A stretch of DNA of 60,422 nucleotides. Source: Bacilli bacterium (GTDB lineage: Bacteria; Bacillota_I; Bacilli_A; RFN20; CAG-826). The DNA is taken from NCBI GenBank assembly GCA_049419605.1, contig JBMSKF010000006.1, forward strand, positions 1 to 60,422. Direction: 5' to 3'. The position numbers were made by a program, and so were the translations under genes. Every line of letters starts with the position of its first letter. Within the stretch, counting starts at the first letter, position 1. A model generated the notes under the pieces. It worked only from the letters and a program-made list of their open reading frames with translations. It made no database searches and was not told the origin of the DNA. Below, in pieces: positions 37,174-47,376 of this stretch.

Positions 37174-38926
37174 AAATTCAATCATTTATGCAATTAATGG
37201 ACCTGTGATTACGGTCAAAAATACCGATCAATTTTTTGTTCTTGAGATGGTCTATGTTGGAAATCTCAAGTTACTTGGTGAAGTCATTTCCATTAACCAA
37301 AATTTTACGATCATTCAAGTTTATGAATCTACAACCGGTTTGGGTGTAGGTGAACCCGTTTTGGGAACTGGGCAATTATTAAGTATCCCATTAGGTCCAG
37401 GTTTAATCACCAATATATATGATGGTATTGGTCGTCCTTTAAAAGATTTATCCAAAATCAATAACAGTCCTTATTTAAAAACTGGTAGTCAAGCATTCAC
37501 GTTAAATCAAGAAAAACTTTGGCCGATTAAATTCTTTGTATCTATTCAAGATTCAGTTGTACCCGGACAAGTTATTGCGGAAATTCAAGAAACCAAATCT
37601 ATCAAACATCGATTAATGGTGCCACCGAATGTTGAAGGAAAAATCATTTTTAAAACTGAAAACAAAGAAATTAAAATTTCCGACACCATTATTAAGATAA
37701 ACACCAATCAAGGAGAAGAAATTAGCATTTTTGGTTTTCAAACATGGGCAATAAAAAAAGCTAGACCCGTTTATCGTCGATTACCGCTTTCAATTCCTTT
37801 AATCACAGGTCAACGGATTATTGATAGTTTATTTCCTATTGCTAAGGGCGGCGCTGCTGCCATGCCAGGTGGTTTTGGCACTGGTAAAACGATGATGCAA
37901 CACCAATTAGCGAAATGGTCCGATGCTGATTTAATTGTGTATATAGGTTGTGGAGAACGCGGAAATGAGATGACCCAAGCCCTTGAAGAATTTTCGCAAA
38001 TTAAAGACCCTAGGACAGGACAATCACTCTTAGATAGAACTGTGCTAATTGCAAACACCTCTAATATGCCTGTAGCTGCCCGTGAAGCAAGTATTTACAC
38101 TGGTGTAACGATCGCAGAATATTATCGTGATATGGGTTATCATGTTGCAATTATGGCTGATTCGACATCTCGATGGGCGGAAGCATTGAGAGAAATTTCG
38201 GGTCGTTTAGAAGAAATGCCAGCTGAAGAAGGTTTTCCAGCTTATTTATCGAGTCGAATTTCACAATTTTATGAAAGAGCGGCATTCGTTGAAACGTTAA
38301 ATCATGACCATGGTTCTGTGACCATCATCGGTGCAGTTTCGCCTCAAGGTGCTGATTTTTCTGAGCCTGTGACACAAAATACAAAACGCTTTGTTAGAGC
38401 GTTTTGGGCACTCGATAAAAATCTGGCATATGCTCGCCATTATCCATCTGTTAATTGGACTTTATCCTATTCTGATTATAATCATAGTTTATTAAGTTGG
38501 TATAACCAAAACGTGGATGTAGAATTTATCCCCACACAAAAGAAGATTGCATCTTTATTATCAGAAGAAGGTAAACTTTTAGAAATTGTAAAATTGATTG
38601 GTCAAGATGTTTTACCAGATGATCAAAAATTAATTATTGAAATCGGAAAAATCATTCGCGAATCTTTCCTTCAACAAAATGCTTATCACAAAGAAGATAG
38701 CTATGTGCCTTTGAATAAACAACTCAAAATGATGCAAGTGATACTATATTTATATGAGACTTTAAAACAATTGATTCAAAACAATCAACCATTAGCCACA
38801 GTAATGCATGATTCAGTTTTTGAAAAAATTAATAAAATGAAGTATGACATTTCAAATCAAGATTTAACACCTTTTGACGATCTCTTGACTTCAATTGATC
38901 AATTGGCATCGAGGAATAAAGTATGA
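37166..38926 (+). CDS. V/A-type ATPase subunit A
   Basis: PGGFGTGKT Walker [10 protein letters not shown] and [30 protein letters not shown]. Confidence 0.98.
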   Translation: MAKNSIIYAINGPVITVKNTDQFFVLEMVYVGNLKLLGEVISINQNFTIIQVYESTTGLGVGEPVLGTGQLLSIPLGPGLITNIYDGIGRPLKDLSKINNSPYLKTGSQAFTLNQEKLWPIKFFVSIQDSVVPGQVIAEIQETKSIKHRLMVPPNVEGKIIFKTENKEIKISDTIIKINTNQGEEISIFGFQTWAIKKARPVYRRLPLSIPLITGQRIIDSLFPIAKGGAAAMPGGFGTGKTMMQHQLAKWSDADLIVYIGCGERGNEMTQALEEFSQIKDPRTGQSLLDRTVLIANTSNMPVAAREASIYTGVTIAEYYRDMGYHVAIMADSTSRWAEALREISGRLEEMPAEEGFPAYLSSRISQFYERAAFVETLNHDHGSVTIIGAVSPQGADFSEPVTQNTKRFVRAFWALDKNLAYARHYPSVNWTLSYSDYNHSLLSWYNQNVDVEFIPTQKKIASLLSEEGKLLEIVKLIGQDVLPDDQKLIIEIGKIIRESFLQQNAYHKEDSYVPLNKQLKMMQVILYLYETLKQLIQNNQPLATVMHDSVFEKINKMKYDISNQDLTPFDDLLTSIDQLASRNKV

Positions 38927-40380
38927 GCAATACGATACAAATCGAGTATTTAGGAATTCAAGAAGTTAAAGGGCCACTTATTTTTATTGATGGCGTCAAG
39001 GATGTTAAAAACGAGGATGTCGTTGAAATCACAATGGATGGAAAAGTTGTAAGGCATGGCCGTATTGTCCAAATGATAGGGGATCGCGTTGCTATTCAAG
39101 TTTTTGAGGGTACTGATGGCATATCACTTACCAATACAAAAACTAAATTTTTAGGTCACCCAGTTGAACTCAAACTATCCCAAGATATGCTAGGTAGAAT
39201 TTTTAATGGTGCTGGGGAACCAATTGATGGCTTTGGACCGATTTTTTCTGATACTAAAAGAGACATTAATGGCCAACCATTAAATCCAGTTACCCGAGAA
39301 TATCCTAGAAATTATATTAATACTGGTATTAGTACAATTGATGGTTTGATTACTTTAATTCGAGGTCAAAAATTACCGATTTTTTCTGGTGCTGGATTGC
39401 CGCACAATGAACTTGCCGCACAAATTGTAAAATATGCTAATATCTCGGATAATAAAAATCCTAACTTTTGTGTTGTTTTCGCTGCGATGGGTGTAAAAAA
39501 TGATGTTGCAGAATTTTTTAAACGTACATTTTATGAAGCAAATGTTATGGATCGTGTTGTCATGTTTACTAACTTAGCTAATGACCCAATTATTGAAAGG
39601 CTATTAACGCCAAGATCAGCTTTAACGGCTGCAGAATATTTGGCGTTTGAAAAACATATGCATGTATTAGTGATTCTCACGGATATGACTGCATATGCTG
39701 AAGCCTTGAGAGAATTTTCATCCAGTAAAGAAGAAATACCTGGAAGGAAAGGTTTTCCAGGTTATTTATATTCTGATTTGGCTTCTATCTATGAACGTGC
39801 TGGCATTGTAAAGGGAATTGAAGGTTCTTTAACGCAAATTCCAGTTTTGACTATGCCTAATGATGATATTACGCATCCAATTCCTGATCTTACAGGTTAT
39901 ATAACGGAAGGACAAATTGTTTTGGACCGAGAATTACATCAACGTAACATTTTTCCACCCGTCGGTATATTACCTTCATTATCTCGATTGATGAAAGATG
40001 GAATTGGAGAAGGTTTTACTAGAGCCGATCATGCCTCTTTAGCTAATCAGTTATTCGCATGTTACGCAAAGGTAATTGATATACGGTCGCTTGCATCAGT
40101 CATTGGAGAAGAAGAATTATCCACATTAGATAAATATTACCTAATTTTTGGTTTACATTTTGAGAATTCATTTATTTCCCAAAGTACTAATTCAAATCGG
40201 AGTATTTTAGAAACCCTACAACTAGGTTGGGATTTGCTTTCAATTTTACCTAAGTCAGAATTAAAGAGGATTCAAGATTCATATATCCAATTGTATTACA
40301 ATCACGATAAAGCCATGACTCGCTTTGCCTTAAAAGAATTTACGAATACGAATCTCGTCACAAAAATGAAAACGAAATAA
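38923..40380 (+). CDS. V/A-type ATPase subunit B
   Basis: [21 protein letters not shown] and [19 protein letters not shown] motifs. Confidence 0.98.
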   Translation: MSNTIQIEYLGIQEVKGPLIFIDGVKDVKNEDVVEITMDGKVVRHGRIVQMIGDRVAIQVFEGTDGISLTNTKTKFLGHPVELKLSQDMLGRIFNGAGEPIDGFGPIFSDTKRDINGQPLNPVTREYPRNYINTGISTIDGLITLIRGQKLPIFSGAGLPHNELAAQIVKYANISDNKNPNFCVVFAAMGVKNDVAEFFKRTFYEANVMDRVVMFTNLANDPIIERLLTPRSALTAAEYLAFEKHMHVLVILTDMTAYAEALREFSSSKEEIPGRKGFPGYLYSDLASIYERAGIVKGIEGSLTQIPVLTMPNDDITHPIPDLTGYITEGQIVLDRELHQRNIFPPVGILPSLSRLMKDGIGEGFTRADHASLANQLFACYAKVIDIRSLASVIGEEELSTLDKYYLIFGLHFENSFISQSTNSNRSILETLQLGWDLLSILPKSELKRIQDSYIQLYYNHDKAMTRFALKEFTNTNLVTKMKTK

Positions 40381-41000
40381 TGAGAAATTGGATTCCCACA
40401 AAAGGTAATTTGCTTCAATTAAAAAAACAAATTTCGCTTGCAAAAATGGGTTACGAACTGATGGAGCGTAAACGTGTCGTTTTAGTCAAAGAAATGACAT
40501 CCTTATTACAAGAGGTTAGAAAAATTAGAAATGAATTTGAAAAAATATATTCCAAAGCCTATTTAGCCCTTCAAGAAGCGAATATTACCCTTGGGGTCAT
40601 CACAGAAATAACGAAATCTATTCCTATTGATAATGGTATTTTGCTAAAACATCGAAGTGTGATGGGAGTAGATATTCCCAAAATTGACTATCAAAAAAAA
40701 GAGGTTTCCCTCGCTTATGGTATCGGTTCTACGAATACAAAGTTTGATTTTGCCTATCATGCGTTTTTAAAGGTAAAGGAATTCACCTTGTTCTTAGCGG
40801 AAATTGATTCGAGTTGTTATCGGCTGGCAAATGAAATTATTAAATCTCAAAAAAGAGCTAACGCCCTTAAAAACATCGTGATTCCAGAATACGAAAAAGC
40901 TTTTTCGTATATTGAGAATGTTTTGGAAGAAAAAGATCGAGAAGAATTTGTAAGGAGCAAGGTAATTAAGAAAAGACAATCAAAAACATCAATCTTGTAA
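40380..41000 (+). CDS. V/A-type ATPase subunit D
   Basis: PTKGNL..LK, GYELMERKR, KRANALKNIVIP and LEEKDREEF motifs. Confidence 0.95.
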   Translation: MRNWIPTKGNLLQLKKQISLAKMGYELMERKRVVLVKEMTSLLQEVRKIRNEFEKIYSKAYLALQEANITLGVITEITKSIPIDNGILLKHRSVMGVDIPKIDYQKKEVSLAYGIGSTNTKFDFAYHAFLKVKEFTLFLAEIDSSCYRLANEIIKSQKRANALKNIVIPEYEKAFSYIENVLEEKDREEFVRSKVIKKRQSKTSIL

Positions 41001-41023
41001 AGATTTTTAAAATTAGATATGAT
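40995..41023 (+). promoter_or_regulatory. SigA promoter of tRNA-Thr/tRNA-Val
   Basis: TTGTAA-17 nt-TATGAT. Confidence 0.65.
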
Positions 41024-41049
41024 TAATCTTGCTGATTCAAGGAATTGAT

Positions 41050-41125
41050 GCCGACGTAGCTCAATTGGCAGAGCAACTGAATCGTAATCAGTAGGTTGTA
41101 GGTTCGATTCCTATCGTCGGCACCA
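41050..41125 (+). tRNA. tRNA-Thr (CGT)
   Basis: GCCGACG/CGTCGGC acceptor stem, ACTGA-ATCGTAA-TCAGT and CCA. Confidence 0.96.
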
Positions 41126-41133
41126 GCAAATTT

Positions 41134-41209
41134 GGATGTTTAGCTCAGCTGGGAGAGCATCTGTTTGACGTACAGAAGGTCGGGGGTTCGATCCCCTCAG
41201 CATCCACCA
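41134..41209 (+). tRNA. tRNA-Val (GAC)
   Basis: GGATGTT/AGCATCC acceptor stem, TCTGT-TTGACGT-ACAGA and CCA. Confidence 0.95.
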
Positions 41210-41220
41210 GAAATTAAAAT

Positions 41221-41243
41221 AACTGCGAAATCGCAGTTTTTTT
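41221..41243 (+). terminator. Terminator after tRNA-Val
   Basis: AACTGCGA-AA-TCGCAGTTTTTTT. Confidence 0.8.
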
Positions 41244-41287
41244 ATTCAAATCGAAAAATATTTGTTAAAATTAAAAAGGTGAATCTT

Positions 41288-42070
41288 ATGAACGTATCAT
41301 ATTTATTCTTTACAACCAACAATTGGATTGATTTATCCATTGGCGGAATCTTATTAATGGCATTAAGTATTTATATTTTTACATTTGTAAGAAGAAAAGC
41401 TTATGGAATTTTATTTATTGCTTTGTCGCTATCGATTTCGCTGAGCTATTTTTTACAAAGCTTTTCATTTTTAACAGTGACTTTAATTGCTATTTATATT
41501 ATCTTAATTAATGTTTTTGTTGCCCTCAACACAACAGAATTAAAAGCCCGTATTGATCAAATGTTTCGTTTCGGAAAAAACCAAAATGTTTCGAATTCAA
41601 TTAATTATGATAAAGAAATGATTTATGAACTTATCTATGATGCAGTTTCATTTATGTCGAAAAATAAAATTGGTGCCCTAATTACAATTGAAAGAACTAC
41701 AAAACTTGATAATTACACAAAAAACGGTGTTTTACTAAATGCACCATTAACTTCAGAAATGCTGACGACTATTTTTTATCCAGGAACAAGATTACATGAT
41801 GGCGCAGTGATTATTCGTGGAAGTTTTATCCTTGCAGCCAATGTCTATTATCAACCGACAACAAAACCAGTTTTAGGTAAATTAGGATCGCGTCATCGGG
41901 CGGCGATTGGTATTTCTGAAGCAACAGATGCAGTGACGATTGTCGTATCAGAGGAGTCAGGAAGGTTGTCGTTGACATATGGGGGTCAACTTGAACCTGT
42001 TTATTTGGACACGTTTAAACAAACGTTAGCCAACTATATCGAGAATAGGCCTCATTTTGAAAATAATTAA
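41288..42070 (+). CDS. cdaA: Diadenylate cyclase CdaA (DacA)
   Basis: 3 N-terminal TM, IGALITIER, LHDGAVII (DGA), LGSRHRAAIG (RHR) and VVSEESG. Confidence 0.93.
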   Translation: MNVSYLFFTTNNWIDLSIGGILLMALSIYIFTFVRRKAYGILFIALSLSISLSYFLQSFSFLTVTLIAIYIILINVFVALNTTELKARIDQMFRFGKNQNVSNSINYDKEMIYELIYDAVSFMSKNKIGALITIERTTKLDNYTKNGVLLNAPLTSEMLTTIFYPGTRLHDGAVIIRGSFILAANVYYQPTTKPVLGKLGSRHRAAIGISEATDAVTIVVSEESGRLSLTYGGQLEPVYLDTFKQTLANYIENRPHFENN

Positions 42071-43410
42071 TGGGGAAATATTTTGGAACTGATGGTTTTC
42101 GGGGTTTGTATGGTGAACAACTGCAAACCCATCACGCTTATCGAATTGGTCGCTTTTTAGGTTCAATTTTAAAACCTAACGAATCTATTTTTATAGGTCA
42201 AGATACTCGCATTTCTTCGCCAATACTTGCAAATGCTTTTATCGACGGTGCACTCAAATCTGGTGCACGTGTGGTTGATTTAAGTGTTGTGACTACACCA
42301 TCGATTTCCTTTTTTTTACAACAAACAAAAAAAGGTTTTGGCGTGATGATTTCTGCTAGTCACAATCCTTATCAAGATAATGGCATTAAAGTGTTTAACC
42401 ATGAGGGTGAAAAACTTTCTGCTGACATCGAAAATGCAATTGAACAATATCTGGATGCACCTGTGGATAATCTTCCCATTAAGACTGGAAAAGACATGGG
42501 TACTATAGATCCAAATTCAAAATTATACCTTTCTCAATACATTGATTTTTTAGTCAAACGACATCAACCTAAACTTCGTCGCAATCTAAAAATCTTGGTG
42601 GATACTGCAAACGGTGCCGCATCCAATATCGCAAAAGTTTTATTTGATCACTTAGGTGTTCAAGCCACATTTATCAATGCCTTACCTAATGGTAAAAATA
42701 TTAATGAGCAATGTGGTGCAACCTATCTCCAAACCTTAAAAACCAACATTTTAAAAGGCACATTTGATTTAGGAATCGCCTTTGATGGTGATGCAGATCG
42801 AATGTTGGCGATGACATCGGATGGCCAAGAGGTCAATGGTGATGCTCTGATTTATTTAAATAGTTTGGATTTATTTACAAAGCGACCTGATTTAGAAAGA
42901 AAAGTTGTGATTACTCAAATGAGTAATTTTGGGTTAAAGAAGGCTTTAAAGGAACAAAAAATCAGTTATCTAGAAACCCAAGTTGGTGATAAGTATGTAC
43001 AAGCCGCGCTCAAAAAAGAACAATTAATTTTAGGTGGAGAGCAATCAGGCCATGTTATTTTTTTAGATGAACTGAATACTGGAGATGGATTATTGTCTGC
43101 AATTAAGTTATTGAATATCCTTCAATCCACGACAAAGTCTTTATCAGAACTTGTGGTATCATTAAAACAATATCCTCAAGTGTTAAAAAACATTAAGGTT
43201 AAGAATAAAGATGAAGTAATGTCACATCCTTCACTCTTGGATTTAATTAAGGATATTGAAAAACGACTTGGACAAGAAGGACGAATTTTAGTTCGACCCT
43301 CAGGGACAGAATCTTTAATTCGAATCATGGTTGAAGCACTGCAACCCCAGCACTGTAAAGACTATGTTCAAGAAGTAGTTCAATTCATCGAAAACACGTT
43401 TATACATTAA
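42070..43410 (+). CDS. glmM: Phosphoglucosamine mutase
   Basis: KYFGTDGFRG, MISASHNP, FDGDADR and GGEQSGH motifs. Confidence 0.96.
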   Translation: MGKYFGTDGFRGLYGEQLQTHHAYRIGRFLGSILKPNESIFIGQDTRISSPILANAFIDGALKSGARVVDLSVVTTPSISFFLQQTKKGFGVMISASHNPYQDNGIKVFNHEGEKLSADIENAIEQYLDAPVDNLPIKTGKDMGTIDPNSKLYLSQYIDFLVKRHQPKLRRNLKILVDTANGAASNIAKVLFDHLGVQATFINALPNGKNINEQCGATYLQTLKTNILKGTFDLGIAFDGDADRMLAMTSDGQEVNGDALIYLNSLDLFTKRPDLERKVVITQMSNFGLKKALKEQKISYLETQVGDKYVQAALKKEQLILGGEQSGHVIFLDELNTGDGLLSAIKLLNILQSTTKSLSELVVSLKQYPQVLKNIKVKNKDEVMSHPSLLDLIKDIEKRLGQEGRILVRPSGTESLIRIMVEALQPQHCKDYVQEVVQFIENTFIH

Positions 43411-43423
43411 GGGGGCTTAAAAA

Positions 43424-45211
43424 ATGTGTGGCATTGTTGGTACCGTTGGTGAAACAAAATTAAGAGAATATTTAATTAGTGGTTTACGAAGCTTAGAGTA
43501 TCGTGGATATGACTCTGCTGGAACCGCTTTTTTAACCAAAGAAAAAATTGAAGTTTTTCGTTTGCCTGGACGGATTGATGATCTCAGTAAAGTAGTTCCT
43601 GCAACCATGCATGGTGCCGCAGGTATCGGGCATACGCGTTGGGCAACCCATGGTGAACCTAATTTTGTTAATTCCCATCCTCATAGTTCTCAAAAATCAA
43701 TCTTTACCATTGTTCATAATGGTGTCATTGATAATTTCAAATCGCTAAAAAAGAAATTACAAAACCAAGGTTACCAATTTCAATCCGATACGGATACAGA
43801 GGTCGTTGCTAATTTAATGGAAATGCATTACTTCAAGGATGCTAAAGAAAACCCCCTGTTAGCGATTAAAAAAACAATTGAAGAGTTAGAAGGTTCTTAT
43901 GCGCTTGCTATTTTGTTTAAAGGTGATGATAGCAAAGTTTATTTTGCAAAATTGCATTCTCCCCTCGTCATTGGTAAAGGGCAACACACGAATTATTTAG
44001 CCTCTGATTATGTACCGATGCTTGATTATGCAACCTCGTACTATATTCTTGATGATTATCAATATGGTTACATTAGTCAAAAAGATGTCGTGGTGAAGCA
44101 CCTTGATCCCAATGAAGAAAAACCCTTGGTATTTCATCAAACGGATATCAAAGTTTCAGATATTAGTTTGAATGGGTATCCCCATTACATGCTCAAAGAA
44201 ATCGAAGAATCACCCGAAGTCATTCATCGACTCATTGATAATTACGTGGATGGTAATAATTTCCTACTTGATGAAGTGTTAATTCAAAAACTCCACCAAG
44301 CAGATCAAATTATTTTTTTGGCATGTGGAACGAGTTATCACGCTGCCTTAGTGGGCAGGCGTTATTTTGAATCAATTGGTAAAACTAGCCGAGTTTATAT
44401 AGCCTCTGAATTTGCATATTATCCTGAAGTCAAAGGCAAAAATCCCTTATTTATCTTTATCTCACAAAGTGGTGAGACTGCTGATTTAATTCGCTGTGTC
44501 AAAATTATTCAACAACAAGGTAGTCCAATTCTCACCATTACCAATACAAAAGGTTCCTCGCTTGATCGCGCAAGTGATTTTACGTTGTTATTATATGCGG
44601 GTATGGAAATTGCCGTTGCTTCTACCAAAGCCTATATTGCCCAAGTCGCTTTACTTGCTATCTTAAGAGCGGCAATCATTAGTAATACCGAAGTCATTAC
44701 CGATTTAATTGAATCGATCAAAGCGATGAAAAATTTAATTGGCGCAAAGCAAGAAATTAAAAATATTGCTGAAGTGATTGCCAATCAACCTAACGTCTTT
44801 TTCTTAGGAAGAGGATTCGATTATGATGTGGCACTTGAAGTTTCCCTTAAATTAAAAGAAATCACTTATATACACTCTGAAGGTTTACCAGGTGGAGAAT
44901 TAAAACATGGTCCCATTGCCCTGATCAAACAAGATGTACCAGTTATCGCTTTTGTCTCTGATCAAATTACGGCTGCGGCAATTCGTTCAAACTTGCAAGA
45001 AGTATTAGCCAGAGGTGCCAAAGTATTTGTCATTAGTAATTTAGCACTAGCAAAAGAAGAAGATGCCTTTGTCACGAGCAATACAAAAGTTTATTTATCC
45101 CCTTTTATCAAAGCAATGGTCGGTCAATACCTTGCCTATTATGCTGCGTTATATTTAGGAAGAGATATTGATAAACCGAGAAATTTAGCAAAATCCGTTA
45201 CGGTAGAATAA
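43424..45211 (+). CDS. glmS: Glutamine--fructose-6-phosphate transaminase
   Basis: MCGIVG, LEYRGYDSAG, GHTRWATHG, SQSGETAD and DKPRNLAKSVTVE motifs. Confidence 0.98.
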   Translation: MCGIVGTVGETKLREYLISGLRSLEYRGYDSAGTAFLTKEKIEVFRLPGRIDDLSKVVPATMHGAAGIGHTRWATHGEPNFVNSHPHSSQKSIFTIVHNGVIDNFKSLKKKLQNQGYQFQSDTDTEVVANLMEMHYFKDAKENPLLAIKKTIEELEGSYALAILFKGDDSKVYFAKLHSPLVIGKGQHTNYLASDYVPMLDYATSYYILDDYQYGYISQKDVVVKHLDPNEEKPLVFHQTDIKVSDISLNGYPHYMLKEIEESPEVIHRLIDNYVDGNNFLLDEVLIQKLHQADQIIFLACGTSYHAALVGRRYFESIGKTSRVYIASEFAYYPEVKGKNPLFIFISQSGETADLIRCVKIIQQQGSPILTITNTKGSSLDRASDFTLLLYAGMEIAVASTKAYIAQVALLAILRAAIISNTEVITDLIESIKAMKNLIGAKQEIKNIAEVIANQPNVFFLGRGFDYDVALEVSLKLKEITYIHSEGLPGGELKHGPIALIKQDVPVIAFVSDQITAAAIRSNLQEVLARGAKVFVISNLALAKEEDAFVTSNTKVYLSPFIKAMVGQYLAYYAALYLGRDIDKPRNLAKSVTVE

Positions 45212-45216
45212 GTAAT

Positions 45217-45248
45217 AAAAAAACCTCTAGATTGACTAGAGGTTTTTT
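45217..45248. terminator. Bidirectional terminator between glmS and the SPFH gene
   Basis: AAAAAAACCTCTAG-ATTGA-CTAGAGGTTTTTT. Confidence 0.88.
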
Positions 45249-45258
45249 GTTGAATTAG

Positions 45259-46203
45259 TTATTCGCCCTTTTTCTTTGCGACTGGTTTTTCTTCTGTGAT
45301 CACTTCTTTGAGCGAGGCAATTAAGCCAGTAACGTTTTGGATTTCAGAAGGGATAATTAACTTTGTCGCGGAACCGTTTGCTACTTTTTCTAATGCTTCA
45401 AAACCTTTGAGCGTTAAGAATGCCGCATCAGGTTTAGAACGATTAATTAATTCTACCCCTTTGGCTTGAGCTTCAAATATGCGAAGGATAGCTTCCGCTT
45501 CCCCTTCGGCTTCTGTTATTTTTTTAATTTTAACCGCTTGGGCTCTTAACACTGCGGATTCTTTTTCCCCTTCGGCTGTCAGAATGGCTGCTTGTTTTTT
45601 ACCTTCTGCTTCAAGAATGGCTTCACGCTTTTGCCGTTCTGCACGCATTTGTTTTTCCATTGCTTCTTGAATATCACGAGGTGGAATAATATTCTTTAAC
45701 TCAACACGATTAACTTTAATTCCCCAAGAATCTGTCGCTTCTTCAAGGGTTTCCCACATCTTATGGTTAATGGTGTCACGGGATGTTAAAGTTTGATCGA
45801 GTTCAAGGTCACCAATTAGGTTACGGAGTGTTGTTGCAGTTAAGTTTTCCATTGCCGATAATGGGCGTTCAACACCATATGTGAAAAGTTTAGGATCGGT
45901 GACTTGGAAATAAACCACGGTATCGATTTGCATCGTAACATTATCCTTGGTGATCACAGGTTGAGGTGGAAAGTCATAAACTCTTTCTTTTAATGAGATT
46001 GTAGCAACCTTAGAGTCAATCACCGGAACAATAATGTGAATCCCTGCGGCTAAGGTTTTGTGATATTTACCTAATCGTTGAACTAGCACGGTTGTTCCTT
46101 GTGAAACAATCACAATCGAACGAATCAATATAATTAAGAGGACAAAAAAGATGATGCCTAAGAAGAATAAGCCTACGCCTGCAGCCGATGAGTACAATGT
46201 CAT
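45259..46203 (-). CDS. SPFH/stomatin-like (QmcA-type) protein
   Basis: TM helix, PQPVITKDNV, WGIKVNRVELK and MEKQMRAER..R..ILEAEG. Confidence 0.93.
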   Translation of the reverse strand: MTLYSSAAGVGLFFLGIIFFVLLIILIRSIVIVSQGTTVLVQRLGKYHKTLAAGIHIIVPVIDSKVATISLKERVYDFPPQPVITKDNVTMQIDTVVYFQVTDPKLFTYGVERPLSAMENLTATTLRNLIGDLELDQTLTSRDTINHKMWETLEEATDSWGIKVNRVELKNIIPPRDIQEAMEKQMRAERQKREAILEAEGKKQAAILTAEGEKESAVLRAQAVKIKKITEAEGEAEAILRIFEAQAKGVELINRSKPDAAFLTLKGFEALEKVANGSATKLIIPSEIQNVTGLIASLKEVITEEKPVAKKKGE

Positions 46204-46204
46204 A

Positions 46205-46672
46205 TTATTTTCCTTCTTTCTTTTTGGTAACAATTAATTTATTACCATCTATCGATTGGATGGTCGCATACTCTCCAGCTTTAAAGGTAACGTCTTGATG
46301 ACTTATGAGTTTCCATCTCACATCACCATGCATGCCCATGCCAGATAATTTAGGACCAAAACCTTTTTCAATCAAAATATCTTGCCCAATCAATGCATCC
46401 GCATTGGTAGGTACAGTAGGCCGATTTGTCACTTTCTTAACGAGTGGTTTTGTTAAGGCTAGTAGCAAAACGCTGGTAAAGGTAAAGATCAATACTTGCC
46501 AAATTAACCCTACTTGGAAAAGCGTAGCAAAAAGTAATGCAATTAAAGCCCCACCCGCAAACCAAAGTGAAACAAGTTGTGGTTCTAAGGATTCAACGAT
46601 CACAGCAACAAAAAACACAACGACCCATAAAATAATTCCAACTAATTGTAAATCAAGCGCAGTTAAAATCAT
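46205..46672 (-). CDS. NfeD-family (short, YbbJ-like) membrane protein
   Basis: 3 TM, TNADALIG and an OB-fold C-terminus (GDVRW...IDGNKLIV). Sits upstream of the SPFH gene. Confidence 0.88.
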   Translation of the reverse strand: MILTALDLQLVGIILWVVVFFVAVIVESLEPQLVSLWFAGGALIALLFATLFQVGLIWQVLIFTFTSVLLLALTKPLVKKVTNRPTVPTNADALIGQDILIEKGFGPKLSGMGMHGDVRWKLISHQDVTFKAGEYATIQSIDGNKLIVTKKKEGK

Positions 46673-46758
46673 TGATAATCCTCCTTTGAAATAACAATAT
46701 CATTTTTTAATTTTTTTATATAGTTATTTCTTGTAAATTTTAGAGTAAAATAAATAAG

Positions 46759-47376
46759 ATGAAACCATCCAAAAACCTAGCGTTCTATGAATTTATTTTA
46801 AAGGTTCAAGCGATCAGTAAAATTGGTTTGACCTATTCTAAAGATGCCTATGCGCTTGAAAACTATGAAGAACTCAGTGAACTATCCTCTAAAATGCTTA
46901 AAAACTTCACTAAAACTAATTTTAAACGGCCTCAGTATTTTGCAAGGGACTTGTATCCAACACCCAACGTTTCTGTAAGAATGATTGTATTCAATGAAAA
47001 ACAAGAGGTTTTATTAGTTAAGGAAAAAGTAGATCAAGGTTATACATTACCCGGAGGATGGGCGGATTTATTTGAAAGTCCCGTTGAAGCAATTACAAAA
47101 GAGTGTTTACAAGAAGCGGGTGCAGACGTCAAAGTAACTCAGTTAACTGGAGTATATCATTACGATTTTCAACATCGAGGTCATGCTGAAAGTCAATATG
47201 TCTTAGTATTTAAAGGAGTTCTAAAAGGACCATTAAAAGCGTTTGGTCATGAAATTTTAGATGTCCAATTTTTTCCAATTCACCGTTTACCTAAACAACT
47301 GTCATTTAAAATTGAAAGAAAAGATTTAATAAAAATGATTTCGGATGCTCAACAAGGAGAAACCTTCTTTGAATAA
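46759..47376 (+). CDS. NUDIX hydrolase with N-terminal Nudix_N domain (YjhB-like)
   Basis: QAISKIGLTYSKDAY..E.Y, YPTPNVSVR and the Nudix box LPGGWAD..ESP..AI.KEC.QEAG. Confidence 0.88.
   Translation: MKPSKNLAFYEFILKVQAISKIGLTYSKDAYALENYEELSELSSKMLKNFTKTNFKRPQYFARDLYPTPNVSVRMIVFNEKQEVLLVKEKVDQGYTLPGGWADLFESPVEAITKECLQEAGADVKVTQLTGVYHYDFQHRGHAESQYVLVFKGVLKGPLKAFGHEILDVQFFPIHRLPKQLSFKIERKDLIKMISDAQQGETFFE

Noticed and set aside
32440-41050. att-site duplication bounding the V-ATPase block
   Set aside because: No copy of the tRNA-Arg 3' end was seen at 41001-41049 and no integrase is present.
46305-46694. Antisense or alternative-frame ORFs of 60-156 aa (also 14686-15036, 16198-16668, 30554-30910, 8705-9016)
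   Set aside because: They lie within well-supported genes and show no recognisable motifs or translation signals.
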